The position numbers and the translations under genes were made by a program. The notes under the pieces are model-generated. The model ran no database searches. It was not told the DNA's origin and saw nothing but the letters and a program-made list of their open reading frames with translations. Below are positions 53,446 through 64,000 of a DNA stretch of 64,000 nucleotides, piece after piece (within the stretch, counting starts at the first letter, position 1; each line of letters begins with the position of its first letter). This stretch comes from Paraspadella gotoi (Eukaryota > Animalia > Chaetognatha): NCBI GenBank assembly GCA_051294375.1, contig CM119264.1, forward strand, positions 8,472,268 to 8,536,267, written 5' to 3'.

Positions 53446-54750
53446 AGAAAGAGAGACGATTACAGAAGAGGAGAGGCAAGGGAAGGTTTTTTGAAAAATA
53501 TGAGAGTCCTTTGAGATTTGAATGCGAGTCGGCATCTGGAATGAGAAAGACAAATTAAGACTGTACAACGTTGATTCAGCCGAGACAGAGAGAGAGAGGG
53601 CGAATTTTTTTTCTTCAATCGGAACTGACTGAACTAACCTACGAACCAAACTTTTCATGAAACCAAAATTTAAGAAAAGAAAATTTCGTAAATAAAACTA
53701 GTAGGAAAAAGAGAAAAAACTAATCTTCCGAATTTTGTGAAGCTAAAGACATTAAAAAAAAAATCAAATAATTAAAAGAAAGAAATTCACCATCGAGAAA
53801 AACAAGAAGAAAAAAAAATACAGAGACGGAAGGAAATAAATCCCTAATGTTTTGTGGTTTTTCAATTTGAAACTTTTCTCATTCCGATGTTTATGTGTTT
53901 TTGCAGCTGAGGTGCAGCTACTAAATTGTGACATTCCGGGTCCCCTTTTACGCTTCGCGGGAAAAAGTTTCCCTTGGGGGGGGGGGAGAGGGAGCGAAGG
54001 AGGAGGAAAGCGGAGGGGAGGTAGTGAGGTGGTTAAGGATTGAAAGGAAAGATGGTGGCGGGCGTCTTTAAGGCGGAGTCGATGAAGAACCCTCGGAGAG
54101 GATAAGAAAAAAAAACTGGGTGGAGGGGAATGAGAAACGGAAGAAGGAGGAAGTTGAAAAAGGAAAGAAAAAAACAAGAATTCGCCGTTGGGAGAATCGC
54201 GGAGGAGAAAGGAATTCAGGGGAAAAAAAGGAGTAATAGGTAAGTTCGAGGAATGAGCGAGGGGAAGAACTTGCGGAGGGGGTGGGGCAAACAAAATTGA
54301 GAATTGAGAAAAAAGAGAAAGGAAAAAAAGGTGAGAAAAAAAAGACCGGCTTTTTTTTTTTGGTGGGGCTTGGGAAAAGACAAGGTTTCGCAAGTGAAGA
54401 CACTTGAGAAAAAAAATGTTTTACGGTTTCTGAAAAAGAGGAACTTTACGTTGAACAAATTAAAAAAGAATATTTTCAAAATATACATACATTTGAATAC
54501 CTAGTTTTGGAAGAAGTTTTTTTACAAGTAGTACTTTTATTGTCAGTTGGAAGACAATCGAAATAAGGTTCCTTGCTAAATGAGGCCTTTAAAAAGGGTA
54601 AAAATCTGGATTAGGTCATAGTTGTCTCGCGGTATAATGATGTCATCTCTCAACATGCTTATCCTTACGCTTGACACGGTTCACCGTTCACGATTCTCTC
54701 TCGATAACCACGAGCCCTTTACTTCCTAGCACACTTCCCGTCATCTCGTT

Positions 54751-54850
54751 GCCCGTCACAGCTTCTCGCCACCCGTCACCGTATCTCTCCGCCCGTCACT
54801 GCATCTCGCTGCCCGTCATCGTATCTCACTGCCCGTCACCGCATCTCGAC
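54751..54850. repeat. 20-bp minisatellite, consensus GCCCGTCACCGYATCTCGCT, 5 copies
   Basis: Units start at 54751, 54771, 54791, 54811 and 54831. Confidence 0.9.
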
Positions 54851-56218
54851 GTCCGTTCCGGCTTCGCGCCGCCAGACGACAGTTGGCGCCGCCCGTCGCC
54901 GCCCGTCGCCGCCCATCGTCGTCTAAGCTCCTTGTCTCCCTTCTCGAGTCATCGTTGTTCGTCGGCGAGAGAGAAATCTGAAATTGATTGCGCGACGGAG
55001 CGTGACTGCATGCAACTGCGCTGAGGCCACGTGCGATTGTGGTGTGGTTGCCCGCCATTGCAACAAGTTGGTGGGGACGACTGTTATCTCGTGTAAACGA
55101 GTGCGTCCAAGCAGTAAATGGCGACAGGCTTTTAAGTGTTCGCATGCAACTCGCGCGAAACTGTGAGCGGCCGAAATGATTGCGTGTATTCGCACGAGAC
55201 GGAGAAGTTGCTGCCATGAATAACACGATGGCTCCGACGCTCGCCATTAACTCGCTATCGTAACTCGCTCGGCGTTCACCTTTTGCTCCCTCTCTAGGTC
55301 GAGGTTAAAATAAAAAAAAAACAAAAAACAAAATGTAATTGAATCGCAAGAAGCTTAAAAATTCTTGTTTGAAAAGAAATTGCATTGGCAATTGTATATT
55401 ATTATTAATTAAGCTCTTTAAATTCTTAGATTATTCCTTCAAAGATTTTTAATTCCATCTCAAATTGCCTGAATACGATAGTTGGTAGCGTCCGCAGCAG
55501 CACCTCACCCTGGGTCGAACGGTGATCGCATATTTCTCGTCATTCATCGCTTAACTCACTCGATCCCAGCGCATTTCCACTCTTCACTGCCACTATAAAT
55601 TCACCCTCTTCGTTCTATGTAATGTCGTCGTCGTTGTCGTCGTCGTTGTTGCGGCTTAATCGAATCACGTTCCTTACCTCGACACGACTCACCCTCCACC
55701 GCCCGACCCATTGAGATAAGGTCGTCATGACAACACCGACAATGTTTTTGAAGCACATTTAGAGTTACTAACAATAACTTTTTATAATCTTAGGTTATGT
55801 AGTTTATGTTTAGAAAGTTTGTGTCTGAAAAAAATAACAACCAACCAAAAAAATAATCTATTTTTTACTTTTTATTCTAAGAAGTTAAAAACCATAACAG
55901 CACTAATTTTATTTTAATTATAAAGAATAATATAAAACTTGACAGCACGTTTTTATAAAAAAATATATCTTAACAAAACACACTCAACATGGTTTGATAT
56001 TAACCCCTGCTTGACTTGTTTTGGAATGAGCAATGGGGATGCGTTATCGCCCCCTGGCATCACTTCTAAAAATAGAAAGAAAAAAGTTTGAGTTGCGATA
56101 AAATTTGATGGATGAAGAAGCAGGAACGAAGATTGAATTTCAGTTCGGATCAGATTTGAATTCTCCCTTTTTTTTTGGTGGGGGACGAGAGAAAGAGGGA
56201 GAACTGGGGAGGAGTTCG

Positions 56219-56340
<122 letters not shown>

Positions 56341-56717
56341 GACACAGAGAGAAATAATAAAAGAAAAAGGAGGAACGAAGAATAAAATGACAATTTTTTT
56401 ACTCCAGCCGCGCTAAAATTCTCCCATGAAAAGTAAACAAATCTATTGGCAGAAAAGTGAAACAGGAGATTTTTTTTTCTTCCAAAAAACAAATAAATGA
56501 ATCAAAAAAAGAAAAAAAAATAGAAAAAAATAGATATTTTCAATCTTTTTTTTTTCCGAAATAAGGTTTCTCGACATTGACTAACATGGAACAAAGCTCT
56601 TGAAAATACTGTGAGGCAGGAAAAAAAAAGCGGACTGTTCTTCTCTGCAAATGAGTCGGGAGAAAATGTAACGGCGTTCAATAATGAAACGCCGTAGGTT
56701 TGTATTAGAAAAAATGA

Positions 56718-56790
<73 letters not shown>

Positions 56791-56805
56791 GAGAGAGAGA
56801 GAGAA

Positions 56806-56845
<40 letters not shown>

Positions 56846-56848
56846 CGA

Positions 56849-56896
<48 letters not shown>

Positions 56897-57061
56897 AGAA
56901 AGAGAGAGAGAGAGAGAGGAGAGAGAGAGGAGAGAGAGAGAGAGAAGAGAGAGAGAGAAAGCCTCTCATGGAGTTCATCAGAGCCTCTAGTTTTCCTAAT
57001 GGATAAAACTTGCGCAGAAATTGATGAAATAGCAAGAACCGTTGATGTTAGGCGAGGGAGA

Positions 57062-57136
<75 letters not shown>

Positions 57137-58104
57137 AGAGAGAGAGACGAGGAGAGAATGAGAGAATGAGAGTGTGTATCGGATAGGTGGCAGAAGGAAT
57201 ATGACAAGCGAACGAGGGGAAATGGCGACCGAAGAACATTGTGTGTGTATATATGTAAATAATCCGTTTGATTAATTAAATTCGCTCGACACTGGGAGAG
57301 ATTAGAAACGCCGTCGCCGCCTCGAATGACAAGCGGGGTAAATGGAGAAAAATTAACGCCGCGAGCGTCGTCCGTCAATAAGCGCCAAATAAATTCCGAG
57401 TAATTTCGTTACGCGGACAGACTTATTATTTTTTTCTTTTTTGCTTAGTCTAGAACAGTGCCTGGGATGATAAATGGCCAATCGCTTGGCGACTCGTATT
57501 TGGCAATTATTTTTTCTTAAATATTAACTATAGATATTTGCCTCAACACTGTAGTGCAATTCAAAAACTAAGTCTTTTTCCTCAATTGGCTTAGAAACCT
57601 TAGCCGATTCGGGCACCACCGTCGCTACTCCTTTCGAATTACGCGAACACAAACACCAGCGTAAAAAAAAACAAAAAAAAAAACCTCCGGTCAGACACGG
57701 CAAGAGGGTCGTAGGGTTCCCTCGGGTGCCAAAGGGCAAAGGGCGCTGCCGCTGCAGCAGCGATTAAGGCGAAGCGGACGCTGCCGCCGCGACCGCAGCA
57801 GCAGCCGTTACCCTAAAGCCGAGTCTTGTTTGCGCAGTCAAAAGTCGCGCGATGAGACACGAGATCGAAAAGGGAATCGATGATCAGAGATGAACGGAGA
57901 AATGAAAAAAAAAAATTAGATGTAGATCGATATTTTGATAACGAGATTTACTATAACGACGTCGCTTCTTCGATCTGCAGAATAAAAACCACTTTTTCAG
58001 GATAAAAAGTTGAGAGTTTGAACCCGACGAATGTGACTGCCGGTTGGAGGTCAAGGCGGAAACGTTGACAGAATAAATGCAAGACTAAATGTTAACTCGA
58101 GTAT

Positions 58105-58202
58105 GTTGACGTCGGATGGTTGACGTCGGATGGTTGACGTCGGATGGTTGACGTCGGATGGTTGACGTCGGATGGTTGACGTCGGATGGTTGACGTCGGA
58201 TG
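58105..58202. repeat. Perfect minisatellite (GTTGACGTCGGATG)x7
   Basis: Seven identical 14-bp units with no spacers, read directly. Confidence 0.97.
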
Positions 58203-59104
58203 GTCGCCGGATAGTATTTTTGATATACGTAGATTTTTTTTATATACTTATACGTAGAGATACGTAGATATACGTAGATGCCCTAGATGCCGTCGATTCC
58301 GTAGAAATTAATATCATTGAAAGGTCTAGCGTTTGTGCATCGATCATTTTCACTCTCGGACCAATTGGAGATAGAACCGACGGCGTAAAAAAAGAATAGC
58401 TGCGCGATGTTCCTCTTCCCTCGGGACACTCACCCGGCGTCTTCTGGGAAAGGCGCCACCGACGAAACCCGCTCTTTTTTTCACGGAGTGACTCGTTCCC
58501 TTGGAAACGCGCCCTCTCGGCGGAACGACAAAATGCAAATCGATCGAGGAACAAAAGAACAAAGGAATATTCCCGTTCGTTTTTGTTTCCGAATCCCCAG
58601 GGATCCAATTTGTACACCGTTTTTTATATAATATTTTTTTTTTCTCGTGTCCCGTCGCGTCGACGCATCTCAATTTATTGAAATTCCTTCTGGTCGGTCG
58701 GTCAGTCTTCACGTTGGCCAGACTATCCCGCGGTCAGGAAAACAGCAGGCAACAGTTAAGATAGCAGTGGATTTTCTGAGTTAAGCTATTAAGGCGCGGT
58801 CGTAACGAGTCGAGCCTCACGAGTCAAGGCCGACGTGAGATTTGAGTCGAGAAGGAATTTAGGTCGCGAAAAGAAATAAAAAGTAAAGTTGAGTTCTTTT
58901 CTCTGTTAGTTTATTGTGATTTTTAAGTATTTTATTTCTTTTTTTTTTTTTTGTCTTTTTTGCATTGTTAAAAATTAATTTAAAATCATTCAAATCACAG
59001 TTTTTGAAAAATCTATCTTTATACTTTTATAAATTAGATTTATCAAAAATATTTTGGCGTTCTAATTTATATTTTCCTTATTCTTTACTATTTCTGCCTT
59101 GCCA

Positions 59105-59166
<62 letters not shown>

Positions 59167-59193
59167 TCATAGAACGTTACTTATCCTTACCAG

Positions 59194-59393
59194 CTGCCAG
59201 AGCGACGCCAAACCGGCCATTTGGAAGATGGAGGAGCGAGAGAAGTACCTCTCCTTCGGAACCGATCCCTGGGACCCGACCATCGACGCCTCCAAGTTCC
59301 GGTTTCGCCGCCGCGGGGGGCGTTTCGACCTCACCATCGTCGACGCGCAGCTGGAGGACGCGGGGAAGTACCTCTGCAACAACAGGCTCAAGG
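59194..59393 (+). CDS. IgSF exon: core of V-type Ig domain (CQSDAKPAIWK..RFDLTIVDAQLEDAGKYLCNNRLK)
   Basis: Acceptor TTATCCTTACCAG|, perfect donor G|GTAAGT at 59394 (phase 1). B-strand Cys, C-strand Trp, E-strand LTI and D-x-G-x-Y-x-C motif; the two Cys are 60 codons apart. GC-rich third positions. Confidence 0.92.
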
Positions 59394-60079
59394 GTAAGTC
59401 GGTGAGGGAAAAAATCCTTGCGGCAATTCAAAGTCATCAGCAGCAATAATTCGCAGAAAACATATCAATGTGACCAAAAGCCCTGTGGGTGATTTGGAGT
59501 TTTGTGGGGTAACGTTTAGATTTAGAGATTAAGTCTGAAATAGAATGAGAAGAGTTGGTAAGATTAATATCTGGATCAAAGAGTTCGAACGCCAAGTAGT
59601 GAAAGTAAGAGTCGAGATGAATCTTTCAAACTTTGCGCCTTTGACGGATTGACGACGAGTTGATAACTGCGACGGAAAGAAATGGGATCCAGTTTCAAAT
59701 AGATGGCACTAAACCGATGTTTACGGCGATAATCTCTCCTTTCACGTTTCCAAAATTTCCTCTTCTGATGGTCGTAACCAATTCACGAATTTCTAACGTT
59801 ATTTACTCGCTTATCGTGAATATTTCTTTTGGAAAGATTCCTAAATTATTAAATAAAAGAATTTTATATTTTTGGAAGATGGAATTTCGTAAAAACGTCA
59901 GGCGAGTTTAGCCAAAAAAAGAGAATAAATGAACATCGACGGTTTCTATTTTAACCGAGGAAAGTTTCTCTCGTTCTCGGTTATGGGCCGCGCGTTTGTT
60001 TGGGAAGGAGATCTGGAGAAGAGGTGAAGACTGATATAGAACCCGGCGTGGCCCATTCTGTCTCTCTCTCTCTTTTTTT

Positions 60080-60180
<101 letters not shown>

Positions 60181-60837
60181 TGTTACTTTGCTCTCTCGTT
60201 TCCGCTGTTGTCTGTTGTCTCCATTCTGTTGATATCTGAGGATATTATTACCTCCGTTATCACCGTCATTCTCGATCATCACGTTGTCGTCGTTGTTGTT
60301 GTGGTTGTCGTTTTCTCGAAAGAGAAAATTGTCATCCTCATCATCGTCGTTTACTCCCAAGCACGGAGCGAGGGAGCGTCTCCTAGCGACAGGCCGAAGC
60401 AGGTGCGCGAGCGCGTTGGGCAGCGATCCAGCGATTGACCTTGATCCTGCGAATTTGTCGCTCGGTACATGACCCGATAAATTTCAAAACTGACAAACCT
60501 CGTGAAGTTCACTCAATCCTTACTTTGGTATTTTTCATACGAGACAAACTTAGTCAACAGCCAGCTTTGGTCATCCTCTGGAACCACCTTGTGTTTCAAA
60601 TGATGCAACAACTCTGCGCAGTGCACAATGCGTTAGAGGATCTTCACTCCGATGAGTAACCATGAGAGGAGGAGGACGCCACTCGATGTGGACCGGATGA
60701 ATCTCGCACCATAAAACTAGGAGATCGTAAAATCACATTACGAACAGTGGATGACGCTCTTTTCCTCGCGACTTGTTCTCTCCTCTTCTCGCTCTCTCTT
60801 CCTCTCTCATCTCCTCTCTCTCTCTCGCTCTTTCTCC

Positions 60838-60996
<159 letters not shown>

Positions 60997-61206
60997 CTCC
61001 CAGATGCGCCTTCATTCCTGACTAAATCGCGTTGTATCTTCGCTTTGTCGTTTTGAGGCGACGAAGGTTCGCGAAGCCAAAACTCGATTTGCATTTTAAA
61101 AGGATTTTGGGGTCAGACGAGAGTGAGGCTCTCGATTCCGGGTCAAGTTTTTCCACCGGCTTTTATCTCTCTTTTTCTTTCTTTCATTTTCTACTTTTTT
61201 TGTTTT

Positions 61207-61313
<107 letters not shown>

Positions 61314-62412
61314 CTGTTTATTTCCCAAACCCTTTTCGACTTTTTTAAAATATATGTTCAAATTTTACCATTGTATTTCGTATCCCAAACCTTTTTCAGT
61401 CGTTCGATACTCTTTTTAAAAACTTGAAACGTAATTGCCTTTGAAAAAACTTTGCTCAACGATTACGTGACAGGAAAATGAAATGAATTTGTGGCTTTTT
61501 TTCAATCGATCGTTGGCGTGCTCATTTGTTTGCATGTTCATTTCTTGGTTGTCGTCTCACTTGAAAACCATCAAGAGTCGCCCGGTCTCATTCCGTCGAA
61601 TCCCTTGTCTTTTGTATTTTGATTTGGTTTGCCTTGAAGAGATGTATACAGTTGGTCGACGACATATAGTGAAATATAGCAGGAAGACTTTTTGCGCGTA
61701 TTGTGATGGTAGCTAAACAATCATAACATTTTCTCAGTTTGACTTCTTTTTTAAAACTTTGCTCGGAAAGAAAAAAGCGGTGCCACCGAGAACGCGAAGA
61801 TAAAAAAATTTAATGATGACAATCAAAACGTTGAAAAGGACGGAGGCTCTTCTTCGCCTCGGAATCGATTTCAGGCCTAATCATTTCAACGCTCGGAATC
61901 CGTATGGCGCTGCGTTGTGCCGTCGCCTGACGTCAGCGGAAATGTTTTGTTCGATATTTGCCGTCTATTGCTTTGTTTGTTTGTTTGTTTGTTTTCTATT
62001 TTTTTCTTGGTGTTTTCTGGTGTTTTTTTTTTCTTTTTTATTTTTATTTTTTTTTTTCCTCTTTTTTCTTTTTCTATTTCTTTCTTCTTTTTTCTTTCTT
62101 TTCTTTTCTTTTTCTTTTCTTTTCTTTTCTTTTCTTTTCTTTTTTCCTTTTTTATTTTCCTTTCTTTTCTTTTTTTTCTTTTCTTTTTTTTTCTTTTCTT
62201 TTCTTTACTTTTCTTCTCTTCTCTTTTCTTTTTTTCCATTCAAATTAACAGAAGTAAATAGATTTATGACAGAAGAAAAAAATGCTATTTAAATGTAGAA
62301 TCATGTGAATCAACCTGTAAATTATTTAAATCACTTTCATTTCCCCCCCTTTGCACTTCCCAACACCACCTCAAAACCTTACCACCCTACCACCCCGCCT
62401 CCACGGAACCAG

Positions 62413-62651
62413 CGGTGCTCACGGTCTTGCAACCCCCAACATGCAAACCCGTCCCTTCGGTCCGCCTCATCGAGGAGGAGCCCCTGCTGGTGACGTGTCA
62501 GGTACAGGGCGTCTCTCCCGCCGTTCCGCCGGAAGCGGGCGGCGCCGCGTCGTTGGAGGGAGCGCCGGCGCAGCGGGGCGGCGTTGGCGGCGACGCCGGG
62601 TCGCCGACGCAGCTGCTTTGGGTCTTGGACGACAGAACGATGGAAGCCAAG
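62413..62651 (+). CDS. IgSF exon: G strand of Ig1 plus first half of Ig2 (AVLTVLQPPTC..LIEEEPLLVTCQVQG..PTQLLWVLDDRTMEAK)
   Basis: Acceptor CCAG|CG; G+CG restores Ala in frame with the previous exon. VLTV G strand, LVTC B strand and LLW C strand are present. Donor AAG|GTGAGA at 62652 (phase 0). Confidence 0.88.
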
Positions 62652-64000
62652 GTGAGACCGGGCGAGGTTGTTATCGGGGGAAAGGGGAGATAAATGGGCA
62701 ATGGGCATTAGGGTGAAGTGAAAGTTTGGAATCAAAATTTAGCAATTCAATATTTTTTTTTAATTCTGAAGACACATAAAGTTCCACATCAAGTTTATAA
62801 AAGAAAATATATAAAATATACATATAAATATATTTAAAAAGTTATGTCATTACTTTGGTCAAAATAGAAAAAACATTTTTTCAAGCTCAAAATTTGAAGA
62901 TAAGAAAAGTGTTCTTTGTTTTCACAATGAAGTTTTTAATGAAAGTTTAATGAAGTTTTATTATTTTCACATCACTCTTTTGGGTAAGGGGAAAAGGGGA
63001 AAGTAGGAAGAGGAGAAAGAAGAAGTTAAAGAGATTAGACAAAGAATAGGAAAGGAAAAAAGGTGAGGCGGGCGGAGGAGAAAGGGAAACGTAAGAGGGC
63101 GCAAGAGATTCGTCGACTTTGTTGTATTTTCTGGTTCTAAAAATAACTCGGATCGTTTTCGTCCGAACGAATTACATTCGCCTCGAAGGTTAGATTCTTT
63201 GTGGCCAGAAATCTAATTTTAAATCTTCATAAAAAAAAAAACACCAAAAAAACACAAAAAAACAAAAACAAATTCAATTATTTCAGGTGCGAAAAGTAAT
63301 TAAATGAGATTAAGAAATATTCACTTTAAAAAAATCATTTAATTTGCCGTAAAACGATTAAGCTTTTATTTATTTTTTTTTCCTAAAATTAATTTACGCG
63401 GAGTCTTGAGCTGACGTTAGAGAAGAGTAATAAAGTGTCCCCCCTTGAGTGGATTAAAGAGGCTTCGATTGAAAGATGAAATTAAAAAAAAAGGACGAAG
63501 GACGAAAAATTAATCGCGCGGTGGCGGGGGGGGGGTGGGCGTGGCGCGGAGGAGGAGTCGAACGCCGACCAGGAATTGTCTGGCGTAAGTGACGCTGTCA
63601 TCGTCGTCGTTGTCGTCGTTTGCGTTGTTTGGTAGCTCAGCGTTTTTTTCTGATTTGTATTAATTAAAGTTTTGTATTGAGACAATTATTGATCTACTTC
63701 CACAGTCGCTAATTACTTAGTCAACTATGAGCGCAAGGGTTTCACGTATATGTAAAACTCATTAAACTACCCTTCAATAGTATAAGCTACAAGAAATCTG
63801 TTCGAAACATCTTAACGGCAAAAAAACAAAAACAAAAAAACAAAAAAACTACAAACTACCTATAAAATCTTTTCAGTAATGAAATCTCGGCCCCTGGGAC
63901 TTATTCGGGACCGATCTTTAAACCTTTCCCGCAGCCAAGCGACGGTCGTCTGAGTCATCTGGCGTTGTCGTCGTTGTCGTTGTCGTTGTCGTCCCCGACG

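Noticed and set aside
58105-58202. CRISPR-like array
   Set aside because: The 14-bp units are head-to-tail with no spacers, there are no cas genes, and the context is eukaryotic.
58650-58710. GCGTCGACGC palindrome followed by (GGTC)n, resembling a HINE-type end
   Set aside because: Too short and degenerate to call without a repeat library.
59173-59193. Alternative in-frame acceptor TAG at 59170-59172
   Set aside because: It would insert 7 residues between NVTL and the B-strand Cys and break the Ig motif. The CAG at 59191-59193 fits better.
63495-63635. Possible next exon (..GAEEESNADQELSG|GTAAGT) or transmembrane-like VIVVVVVVCVVW
   Set aside because: No polypyrimidine acceptor, it does not supply the remaining Ig2 strands, and the Val run is a (GTC)n repeat.

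Overview
Eukaryotic, almost certainly animal, draft-assembly DNA; not prokaryotic. It is AT-rich, full of (CT)n/(GA)n and (TTTC)n microsatellites, shows no obvious CpG depletion by eye, and has many N gaps. Nearly all ORFs in the supplied track are microsatellite or gap artefacts. The one well-supported gene is a spliced + strand immunoglobulin-superfamily (IgSF) gene, rebuilt by hand from splice sites and phases. Its parts are: a signal-peptide exon (21771-21860), two Gln-rich low-complexity exons (48233-48607, 48975-~49326), and three exons (50018-50172, 59194-59393, 62413-62651). Those three splice in frame into a complete V-type Ig domain (AVLTGSNVTLSC..IW..FDLTIVDAQLEDAGKYLC..AVLTVL) plus the start of a second Ig domain. 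The gene continues past the window. The unusual part is a ~285-aa Gln-rich segment with R-x-x-R motifs between the signal peptide and Ig1; linking it to the Ig exons is inference. About 22 kb of apparent intron 1 (25240-47233) consists of duplicated or inverted, indel-rich copies of neighbouring sequence. These are joined at microsatellites and 25-N gaps and are most likely long-read gap-fill or fold-back artefacts. I found no RNA genes, CRISPR arrays or intact transposons.
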